Below, one piece after another: positions 10,144-18,367 of a stretch of DNA of 64,000 nt. The stretch covers positions 3,596,001 through 3,660,000 of the forward strand of contig OX337228.1 of assembly GCA_946965045.2 (NCBI GenBank), read 5' to 3'. Positions within the stretch are counted from its first letter, which is position 1. Every line of letters begins with the position of its first letter. A model generated the notes under the pieces. It worked only from the letters and a program-made list of their open reading frames with translations. It ran no database searches and had not been told where the DNA came from. Position numbers and translations under genes: made by a program. The DNA is from Epithemia pelagica (Eukaryota > Protista > Bacillariophyta).

Positions 10144-13100
10144 CTACTCGTGCCCCGTGTATGTCCATAATTTGCGCAACAGATTCCCGACAACGGCTGT
10201 ACCGGATGGCCACAACTCAGACAGTTCCCCGTCCACCGTGTCCAGTAAGCCTTTTGCTCGCTTGACCTGCCAAGGTTTCCTGCTTAAAAAAGGGCACAAA
10301 AAGGCAACAATCAACGGTTCGTGTTGAGACTTTGACCAAAGTTCACAGCCAACTGGGATATAAAGCACAAAGTCGGCGACCTTTCCCAACTTCTTCCTCC
10401 AACGATTTGACATGAGCGCGGGGCAAATAAAAACATGGGCAGAGTGTGTGCGTACGTGTCTCGCCTCGCACAACTGATCCACCGCAACATCTGCGATAGC
10501 AGGAGGCGGAATCCACACGAAATTTCCTTGTTCAAACGCTTGATCGAACCAATCTTGCGCAGAGAGAGTCTTCCAGAATGAGAGCGTTGTGGCTTTGTTT
10601 GTGACCCAATTCACAACCCCACTCTGTCGTTCTTCAACGGTCTTATTGAGGGGCACATACAACAACATATCACTCCCGGCCATGACTCCTGTCATCAAGT
10701 CACCTCTCGAGAGCCCATCCGTGCCCTGCTCAATCATCCGTGTGCCTGCCACCCAGATGACACGGAGAAAGATGCAACCTCGCATCTCCATTCTTTTGGT
10801 CCTCAACACTAGCTCATACAACAACTTGGTCGACGAAGTTCCCCTGTAAAAGGCAGCCTCTGCCGTCGAGTTGTCTGTGAACATAAAGACTTCTGAACCA
10901 TGCTCAATGGTTCCATTGTCCACCAAGGCCTCGAGGCGCAACACCAGGTTGTACAACTCGCGGAAGTTCGATGACCTGGCTCCGTATGCCCTTGTCCAAA
11001 GCCCATGTTCGGTTTCTACGGTGCTTGATCCATAGATCCATAACGACGAGCCGAAACCCTCTCCGGAGGCGTCCCCAAATAAAATGGCAACCTTGGAGCC
11101 TTTGAGCGGTCTCGCTAAGATTCTTGGTGGTGTTTTATCCTTCGTAAGTTCCATAAGGGCGGCGATATCCCCATCATACCTCGGGACCTTTGCGACAGTA
11201 TCTGGTGGAATCTCACTCGCCTTTTCCTTCCATTCACAAACTCGCTTTCTGCGATCCTTTTCAGGCAATCGCCATCCTTCTCCATCTCGGTCCTGTCTCC
11301 ACGACTCCAAAGTCAAATGGATTCCCTTTAGATAGGGGACCATAATGTCGTAAGTAAGCGAAACGTACACAAGGAATCCTCGTATGCGCTCGAGTTCCTT
11401 TCGATTGATCCGTTCTGGCGATTCCGCCCATTCACTCAACCTTTCGACGTGAGCCTTTGTCTTGTTCCAGCGATCCTGAGCCACCGTCTTGTATACTCGT
11501 CCATCATTACCAGTTTCAACAATGGCTCCAGCCCAAGCACCCGGTGATTTGCTCGGCTCTCTTCGTTTCCTTGCGGCATCCTGTAACCCAAAGAACGCCG
11601 CACCCTTCGCCATTTTGCTCGCCGCCAGCCAGGCTTCCTCTTCCGAGGGAGCTGTCTCACGTAAGTCATCAACGTATGGGTGGACATCCGCCGCGATGTC
11701 TCCATTCGCATTTATCTTACTGATCCATGGCAGCGATGGGTCATAGTCTGCATCTCCCGGCATATTCAACCTCACATCAACCCAGCCAAATATGTTTTTA
11801 GGATCAGACCGGTCTCCGAAAATTATCCTCTTTACACGTTGGGCACACTGGGTCGTTTGGTAGGGCGAAGTTGTGAGGCCCATCGCACATCTCGTCCATG
11901 CTTCCCAGATTCTTGAGCGTCCGCAACGTTCTTTCAATTCCTCCGGAAACAGGTCAGTGATGTCAATGCCCGTATAACATCTGAGCTCGGGATGAACCCA
12001 AAAGTTAAGGAACATCTCACCAAAATCATTATCTGCTGACCATGTTTTTCCTTCCATCGAACGGAGCATAGCGTTCACATTTCCCAGACCAAACCACGGA
12101 GCGAAAAGCGCCGCATTGAGACCGCTCTTCGTCCCGTCATAAACCATACGTATATCATCCTCCCCTTTCGGGACTGAGAAGAAACTGGTAAGTGATTTGA
12201 TGCCTGGAGTTGGCGCGATGTACCCCCGCTTCCTCACTTTGGTCAACTTCTTCTTTTCCAACGCTTTACTCTCCTCATTCGTGTTGGCATGTTGACGTCG
12301 CCGATATGCAGGTGTCGGTCCAATCCACATGGGAGCGACTCCGTCTCTCATTTCTGTCATCCACCCCAAATCTGGCATCCTCCAGAAGAAAGGGGAAGAA
12401 CCCATGTCCCAATCCCACCAGGATGACCTCGCTGCATGCTCCAAAGCGCTGAGTCCGGCTTTGATGGTCCGATCTCGCACTTCTTCCTCGTCATCGTCAA
12501 ACTTTTGATTCTTCCACCACGACCAGAAATCCGCGCAGACACAACGCTTCCAATATCGTAGCGCCCCCTTGCGAATCGAATTCAGCGCCTCGACCACTTC
12601 CAACCGTTTACCTTCATTCTGGATTCCCAATTTTTGACAGATGCGATTGTCCCAAAGGTAAGTCGGGATTTTTGCATCGTCTGATTTTGTTGCTTTCAGG
12701 TTTCTGTCCTCACGCCTTTCCTCGGTGTTGAGAGAGCCACCCCCTTCCTCACTGTCGGGAATCGAATACAAAGGTATCTCGTCTTCCGTCATTCGTGTTT
12801 CATCGGGGCACTCATCCTCTTCCTTGAGTAAGCCGTTTCGATCCAGAAAACCCTCATCTTTCCTGATTTTCCCATCTTCTGTGAACCCTTCCTTCGATTC
12901 TATCATCCATTCACGCAACGAATTAACAACTTGCACTCTGACCTTGAAGGGAACCGTCACATCATCCAACCAACGAGCCAATTCCGAATCCGATCCTCGT
13001 TTATGGAGACCAGCCGGAAAGTCCATTGTAATCGCGATTTCCTTCGGAGTTAGTCGCCGTTTTACGAGGCCTGTTGATGCAAATACACTTGGCAACTCAT

Positions 13101-13983
13101 GCTCTATGAACCTGTCAATCTTCCATCTCAGCTTGCGGTTCACAATCATTGATGAAGGACGTGCTCCTCGTACACACTCCACAGATGAATTACATTCTCT
13201 ACCGTGGACCGTGGGATCGATCACTCCCCGCATAGTTGTCTTCTTTAAACCATCATCGAGGAAATCGGCCCAACAATCAACGAACCTTGGCATGTTCTTG
13301 CACTGTTCCTTCGTTGGTCCTTGTGTACGCTCTGCAAAATGGATCCAAGAAACCAAATCAGTGACACCTCCAAGATCCTGATGTGGAATCTTCATCACCC
13401 CTTTCGACCATATCTCTATCCGAAGATCCTCCAAAGGAGGTCCCGACCATTTTCGACCGCCTATCCACACCACTACTTGGACTGTCTCCAGGCTCCAAAC
13501 TGGGTGTGATGGACCCGGTGACATACCCCCTTCAAAGAAGACAACATCAACTAGCGAGCGTCTATTCCACTCCTGCGACTCCTGGAATTCAATTCGCTGT
13601 TTTTTCGAACCTCGATTCTTCGTCAGTTTCTGCTCTAACGGAATCATCAGCTCTCGCCATTCAGATGCTCCCGTTTCGTCGCCAATGTCATCTACATCCA
13701 ACACATCAATCCACTTTACACAGCCAAGAGATGTCACCGCCCAAAACCAAAAGGGGGTTCCAATACTTGCTATGCCTATTCGCCACTTTCCTTTCCCTAC
13801 TCTCATCCGCCCAATCTTCTGTTCCGCAACTCCAGTTAGCGACTCGTCACTTGCGTCGATCATATCTACTTTACGTTTCAACAACGAGCCCTTCGCTAAC
13901 TCCCGGCTCTCCACATTCATCCTCTCGCCAAACTCCAGTCCCCGTTTCCTATCTTTCCTCTGAGATATTGCCACAACCTCCAC
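10144..13983 (-). CDS. pol: N-terminal C5-MTase-like region, reverse transcriptase, RNase H, C-terminal DIRS/PAT-type MT-like domain (track start is GTG; first ATG 13920)
   Basis: RT: FFSVPK, DFGEMFLNF, MGLTTSP, PYVDDLR. RNase H: LFGDASG, SSNFRELY, FTDNSTA, QGTDGLSRG. MT-like: FVWIPPPAIA...FICPALMSNRW. Confidence 0.93.
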   Translation of the reverse strand: MEVVAISQRKDRKRGLEFGERMNVESRELAKGSLLKRKVDMIDASDESLTGVAEQKIGRMRVGKGKWRIGIASIGTPFWFWAVTSLGCVKWIDVLDVDDIGDETGASEWRELMIPLEQKLTKNRGSKKQRIEFQESQEWNRRSLVDVVFFEGGMSPGPSHPVWSLETVQVVVWIGGRKWSGPPLEDLRIEIWSKGVMKIPHQDLGGVTDLVSWIHFAERTQGPTKEQCKNMPRFVDCWADFLDDGLKKTTMRGVIDPTVHGRECNSSVECVRGARPSSMIVNRKLRWKIDRFIEHELPSVFASTGLVKRRLTPKEIAITMDFPAGLHKRGSDSELARWLDDVTVPFKVRVQVVNSLREWMIESKEGFTEDGKIRKDEGFLDRNGLLKEEDECPDETRMTEDEIPLYSIPDSEEGGGSLNTEERREDRNLKATKSDDAKIPTYLWDNRICQKLGIQNEGKRLEVVEALNSIRKGALRYWKRCVCADFWSWWKNQKFDDDEEEVRDRTIKAGLSALEHAARSSWWDWDMGSSPFFWRMPDLGWMTEMRDGVAPMWIGPTPAYRRRQHANTNEESKALEKKKLTKVRKRGYIAPTPGIKSLTSFFSVPKGEDDIRMVYDGTKSGLNAALFAPWFGLGNVNAMLRSMEGKTWSADNDFGEMFLNFWVHPELRCYTGIDITDLFPEELKERCGRSRIWEAWTRCAMGLTTSPYQTTQCAQRVKRIIFGDRSDPKNIFGWVDVRLNMPGDADYDPSLPWISKINANGDIAADVHPYVDDLRETAPSEEEAWLAASKMAKGAAFFGLQDAARKRREPSKSPGAWAGAIVETGNDGRVYKTVAQDRWNKTKAHVERLSEWAESPERINRKELERIRGFLVYVSLTYDIMVPYLKGIHLTLESWRQDRDGEGWRLPEKDRRKRVCEWKEKASEIPPDTVAKVPRYDGDIAALMELTKDKTPPRILARPLKGSKVAILFGDASGEGFGSSLWIYGSSTVETEHGLWTRAYGARSSNFRELYNLVLRLEALVDNGTIEHGSEVFMFTDNSTAEAAFYRGTSSTKLLYELVLRTKRMEMRGCIFLRVIWVAGTRMIEQGTDGLSRGDLMTGVMAGSDMLLYVPLNKTVEERQSGVVNWVTNKATTLSFWKTLSAQDWFDQAFEQGNFVWIPPPAIADVAVDQLCEARHVRTHSAHVFICPALMSNRWRKKLGKVADFVLYIPVGCELWSKSQHEPLIVAFLCPFLSRKPWQVKRAKGLLDTVDGELSELWPSGTAVVGNLLRKLWTYTGHE

Positions 13984-13995
13984 CGGACCAACTTC

Positions 13996-16344
13996 TCACG
14001 ACTTTTCTTTCTTGCTCGCCTTGTTGGATGCCGACACCGCCGCGTTTACTGACCGTTGCAGCTTTTCCAACCGTTCTTCCAGACTTGACTTAAGTGTATC
14101 GAATTTCGAACGTGGGGTCGCGAACCGAATCAAGTGTTCGTGCAAAATGAGTGCTATCTTGGGATGGCCGCTGAATTCGGCAGCTCTGTACTCCTTCATC
14201 ACGTCATGAGCTTTCAAGGTCCCCCACAACATGCCAGCTGGGGTATTGGATGCTCTACCCGGAGCACGAGCCTCTCTAAGGCTCTTAAACACCGCCCGCA
14301 CGCAATGCGAGATGAGGATCCAAACCTCCTGCTCGCTGGCTTCACTCTCGGCCTGGACCTGTTGATGGTATCGTACCATCCAGTGACAAAGGTCATCCCA
14401 AAAGGCCTTACTCAAATGCAACATTTCCTTGGCCACACTCGACGGCGCTGTTCCAAAGGCAAACAATTCACCAATTGCTTGCTCAAGAGTCTGCCTCCCA
14501 TCCCGTACATGATCAAGAATCCGCTGATGGATTCCCTCGCGCCCGGACGGAGGGTGAAAGTCTTCAAACTTCGGAACGCCTCCCAGAGCTCGCGAGTTCG
14601 TGGTCTGACTCTGATCTGTCCCTTTACCCAGCAAAGGAGGTACGTCTAAATTGAATGACGCAATATACGCCGTGTGATAAGGGGTCTTATCTCTCACCTT
14701 TGCTGTTGTTGCGCGTTTGTTGGCCGCTCGATCTTCGTCCAAGCTCATATCCGACGTCGCCAACGACAACAAAGAGACAGCGTCAACGAAAACATGCGGA
14801 TCGCTTTCTGCGTGGTGCAAGGTAAGCCAAGACACACAGAAGGTACGAGATGGAAAAACGATGGATCCCACCGTAATCGCCTCATTGTCTACTTGCTCCT
14901 GCAGATCACTAATTCCCATTTTGACTTCCTGCAACTCTTCCTTCATACGGCGCAGCTCGGCCATAGCATCTGCGAGTGCCGAGCCGGTAGATCCTGTCAG
15001 CATCCCGGTGGCTCCCGTTGGTGCACTTGCAGCCGCTCCAACTGAACCTCCTCCCGACATCCATCCAAAACTTCCAACCCCACCAATCGACAATCCACCC
15101 GACGGCGCGGTTGAGGCCGAAACGCCACCTCGCTCCATTGCATCCATTCGTGCTTGGAGATTCTCCAACATCTGGGCCCATTTTCCTCCTGGGTCAGCGT
15201 TGTTACTCGACGACCGAGACAAAAGAGTCAACGTCGGATTCACAAACTGTTGACGAAAATCGCTCTGGTCAGCAAAGAATTTGTCAAGCTCCCCTTGAAC
15301 CATCGACTTCGAGGAACTCTGAACAACATCCATCTTGCGTTCCAGCTCCTCAACCTTAGCCAAGAGTGAAGCGTCCCTCCTCTGGTGGCTCTGGTTCTGA
15401 TTCAACAATTCTCGTACTGTTTGTACTGTTTCAACACAGTGCTTGAGGACCGAAAAGGCCGAATCTGTACCAAATTCCGCAGGCCGTACCCCCAACAACG
15501 CATGCAACACCGACAGCTTAACGTTCAGCTGTTCAATCGCTTCTTCTTGCATTTCCTCCATTACCTTTCTCTTGTGGGAAGCGCGTTGACAATCGGCTTT
15601 GAGATGGTTAACATTCTCTACCAAATTGCTCCACGCTCCACCTTGCAAGACCTTGACCGACGGTGTCGCTTGCTGTGAGCCAATGTCCAAAGGGACCTCT
15701 TTCCATGGAATCGATGAACGACCTGCCGGAGTACGAGGATGGCCTCCTTCCAGGAGTTCCATTTCATCCTCACTATCACTACTAGACACTGTTTCGACCT
15801 TAGCACGCTTGCTAGGTTTAGGTGTCATGGCAGCAAACTTGACTTCACCTTTCGTGTTTGCCATGACCTTGGCAGCAATTGTGGGATCCACACCCTCGCC
15901 TTCCTCGGATGCGACTTGACGTAAAGAGGCGAAAGTGGCCTGCCAACTCTCGAGGGATCGCGGACTCAGTTCCATCTCACTCCAATCCAAATCACGGACA
16001 CAAGCTCCCGGAAGAATGGGATGACTGAAAACCGTGTCCGCGGTATCGGAATTCGAGGATACACTACCGCCCCGAATAAAAATGCATGTGGCATCGTCCC
16101 CCACCAAAGAAGCCCATTCTTGTTTCCGAGCCGAATGGGACGCAACCGAACAGTCGGAGCGAACACACACACGCTGCCCAGTGCCAATAATGCCCCGACA
16201 TAACGACTCAAAACTAGATTGTTCGAAACGAACAACACCGAAGAGAGAACCCGAACGAAGGGTCCCCCCCCCGGTCACAAGAGACTCACCTGACGACCCC
16301 ACAGAGGGTGAAGAATCCGGAGTACTTCCCCACTCAAACTTCAT
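13996..16344 (-). CDS. ORF1 (gag-like, 782 aa) of YR retrotransposon
   Basis: First ATG inside the element; Cys/His cluster LCRG...CVRSDCSVASH; coiled-coil segments; positioned upstream of pol. Confidence 0.8.
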   Translation of the reverse strand: MKFEWGSTPDSSPSVGSSGESLVTGGGTLRSGSLFGVVRFEQSSFESLCRGIIGTGQRVCVRSDCSVASHSARKQEWASLVGDDATCIFIRGGSVSSNSDTADTVFSHPILPGACVRDLDWSEMELSPRSLESWQATFASLRQVASEEGEGVDPTIAAKVMANTKGEVKFAAMTPKPSKRAKVETVSSSDSEDEMELLEGGHPRTPAGRSSIPWKEVPLDIGSQQATPSVKVLQGGAWSNLVENVNHLKADCQRASHKRKVMEEMQEEAIEQLNVKLSVLHALLGVRPAEFGTDSAFSVLKHCVETVQTVRELLNQNQSHQRRDASLLAKVEELERKMDVVQSSSKSMVQGELDKFFADQSDFRQQFVNPTLTLLSRSSSNNADPGGKWAQMLENLQARMDAMERGGVSASTAPSGGLSIGGVGSFGWMSGGGSVGAAASAPTGATGMLTGSTGSALADAMAELRRMKEELQEVKMGISDLQEQVDNEAITVGSIVFPSRTFCVSWLTLHHAESDPHVFVDAVSLLSLATSDMSLDEDRAANKRATTAKVRDKTPYHTAYIASFNLDVPPLLGKGTDQSQTTNSRALGGVPKFEDFHPPSGREGIHQRILDHVRDGRQTLEQAIGELFAFGTAPSSVAKEMLHLSKAFWDDLCHWMVRYHQQVQAESEASEQEVWILISHCVRAVFKSLREARAPGRASNTPAGMLWGTLKAHDVMKEYRAAEFSGHPKIALILHEHLIRFATPRSKFDTLKSSLEERLEKLQRSVNAAVSASNKASKKEKS

Positions 16345-16407
16345 GATGAACAAGAACAAGGATGAGGTGGATGGCACGGTCGACAGGGAGAAAACACCAA
16401 AACCGAA

Positions 16408-16620
16408 GCGAAAGAAGCGAATACACAGAACCAATGGGTGATCAAATCCTTGATGACTGTGCTCTTCTTCTTTCCAACAATTTATGATTGCTGAACTTTT
16501 GTTGTGACGGTCATAGGAATGACCATCCCAACCACTTCTTGCTCTTGAGATCTCACTGGGATCAATGTCCTCTTCATCGTTCGTCCGTCGGTCCCTTCTT
16601 GACCGGGGCGGTACGATGCG
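16408..16620 (-). repeat. A1 repeat (element 5' terminus)
   Basis: Copy of 8034-8246. Confidence 0.95.
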
Positions 16621-17120
16621 TTTCTCATATGCAATTGGTACCTTGCAATGAATGGGCGGACCTCTATCGTGATGATTGCAACGCAGATGATAGTGCGACC
16701 GACCGAACCGGACCGTTTTCAAACCCTGTTAAGGCCGGAGCATTAAATTCGAGCATTTTTACTACTCCGATAATATTTATCCGAGTAGTAAATGCAATGC
16801 TCCAAATCCCTTAAAACGTGTTCCTTACGAATGGCGTTAACCATCAACAGTTTGTTTGTAATGTGGGAGTATTTTGAAAGCTACTCCTAGCTAGCTAGAG
16901 AGGTAATAGAGCCTCTATGAGAGTGCAATTTAGATGTGGGTAGTTTGTGTGATTTTGTGGCCAATCACCCTCTCTATCTTGATGTGAATTACGAATTACA
17001 TTTCTTCGCGATCATACCTGCCATGAAGTCGAATTCAGTCTGAACCAACGCGAGAGGGGATCATGCGATAGGACGACTTCTGTCGGAACTCGATAAAACC
17101 AAATCGATAATAGACTAAGA

Positions 17121-17840
17121 CTATCTGGATGAACACGAAATCCCACCAGAGCATGTCATTTTCTTTTCATCATCACCCAGTCTCTCCTCACCCATCAAAC
17201 CGTTGAGAGTTTCATGAAATGTTCCTTGAATCCGGTCTCGCAGGGTTTTGTTTTTCTCAAGCAAGTCACTCAACAGAAGAGTCGCCGCTTCGACTTTCGT
17301 TGACAAAGATGAAAGTGTCCGCCTGCGTTTATCTCGAGATTTTGCTGCGCAGACGCGATTGTATTCACGCTTCGCTGTCCGTTCAACATCAAGCTCATAG
17401 TCACCGTGAAAAGTTTCAGCATTTAAGCAGATTTCAACCTGAGTGGAATTGCTATAGGACTCATAGCTTTCTTGTGATATCGCAGAAATAAAAGGTGAAG
17501 GCTTTCCAACACTCTGCTCTCTTGCCTCGAAAGATGACTGCCGATCTACGCCCGTTTGGCGACCGCAACTGAAGGACTCTGCTTGTGATAACTTCGAAGG
17601 AGGCTCTACTATGTTTCCCGGAGTTTGGCTTTTTAGCTGCTGTGCCAATGTTTCGGCTCTCCCAATAATAGTCAGTGATCCAACCGACTGACTGCTAGAA
17701 TTCAATCCAGGACTTTGCTTTGAATAGAACCTACGTTCAAAAAGATGACTTTGAGTCAAAGCGTCATCATCCGGCGAATTCACGGTATCCTCTTGTGTCG
17801 ATCGCGCCTTATCCATGTCTACTTCCAGATGTGCCATCAT
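17121..17840 (-). CDS. bZIP transcription factor (239 aa)
   Basis: KREYNRVCAAKSRDKRRR basic region followed by a leucine heptad repeat. Confidence 0.88.
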   Translation of the reverse strand: MMAHLEVDMDKARSTQEDTVNSPDDDALTQSHLFERRFYSKQSPGLNSSSQSVGSLTIIGRAETLAQQLKSQTPGNIVEPPSKLSQAESFSCGRQTGVDRQSSFEAREQSVGKPSPFISAISQESYESYSNSTQVEICLNAETFHGDYELDVERTAKREYNRVCAAKSRDKRRRTLSSLSTKVEAATLLLSDLLEKNKTLRDRIQGTFHETLNGLMGEERLGDDEKKMTCSGGISCSSR

Positions 17841-18367
17841 TCATTTCTATCGTGCGTCGTTCAGACTGTGCGTCTGATTTCCTTGTCCTCACTCCAAGAG
17901 TTTCAAGTATTCCTGGTATGTCCCAGGCCTGATACAATACGAAATACGATACTCGATTTTCTGCTCAACAAACCGAAAAAGTGTCCATCTGCTGTTACTT
18001 CTTCTGCGTTCATAAAGATCGTAGATGTCTCTCCTCTTCGTGCATCTGTTCATTCCTATCCCCCCCCAAGCGCGTCGGATTAGAGTATCTGCCGAATCCT
18101 TCGAATAATATCAATTATCTGCGACTAGCTAGAGCATTCCGCCGCTGGGAGTGTCTTGATTCAGTACTTGTACGGCATAACGCAGAGAAGCCCATAACCG
18201 AAGACTAAGGTACCCGGGCCGAAAGAGGATAAGGTAGGACTACCTTGGAGTAACTCCTCTACTTTGAATTAAAAATTTACTCCAAGGAGTATAAAAATAG
18301 AAAATAAAATGGGATTAATTCTCTATGCCAGGATGTGAAAGACTACCTAGTCATTCGCGACACGATT

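Larger units (their letters stand above)
7603..16620 (-). mobile_element. Full-length split-direct-repeat YR retrotransposon (PAT/Ngaro-like): A1-ORF1-pol(RT/RNaseH/MT)-YR-B1-A2-B2, ~9.0 kb
   Basis: A1 16408-16620 = A2 8034-8246; B1 8245-8661 = B2 7603-8019; three long minus-strand ORFs, two of them with RT/RNase H and YR motifs. Confidence 0.95.
7081..16836. mobile_element. TTAA-flanked (piggyBac-like) MITE of ~740 bp, split by the inserted YR retrotransposon
   Basis: TTAA(7077-7080)+CGCCATTCGTAA ... TTACGAATGGCG+TTAA(16837-16840). Subterminal GAGTAGTAAA motifs occur inside both ends (7093-7140 and 16758-16792). Confidence 0.7.

Noticed and set aside
10280-10292. T TTT TTA slippery-like heptamer near the pol 3' end
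   Set aside because: A -1 shift meets a stop after about 22 codons; the YR is in the +1 frame, so this does not explain YR expression.
12725-15253. Several 170-240 aa plus-strand ORFs
   Set aside because: Antisense shadows of pol and ORF1 with S/P-rich non-domain sequence.
16345-16722. N-terminal 126 aa of the 908-aa track ORF
   Set aside because: It starts outside the element boundary (16620) and runs through the A1 repeat; the first internal ATG at 16344 is the likely start.
18243-18287. 11-bp inverted repeat CCTTGGAGTAA/TTACTCCAAGG
   Set aside because: Short, no TSD, and built from the TACTC/GAGTA motif common in intergenic DNA here.
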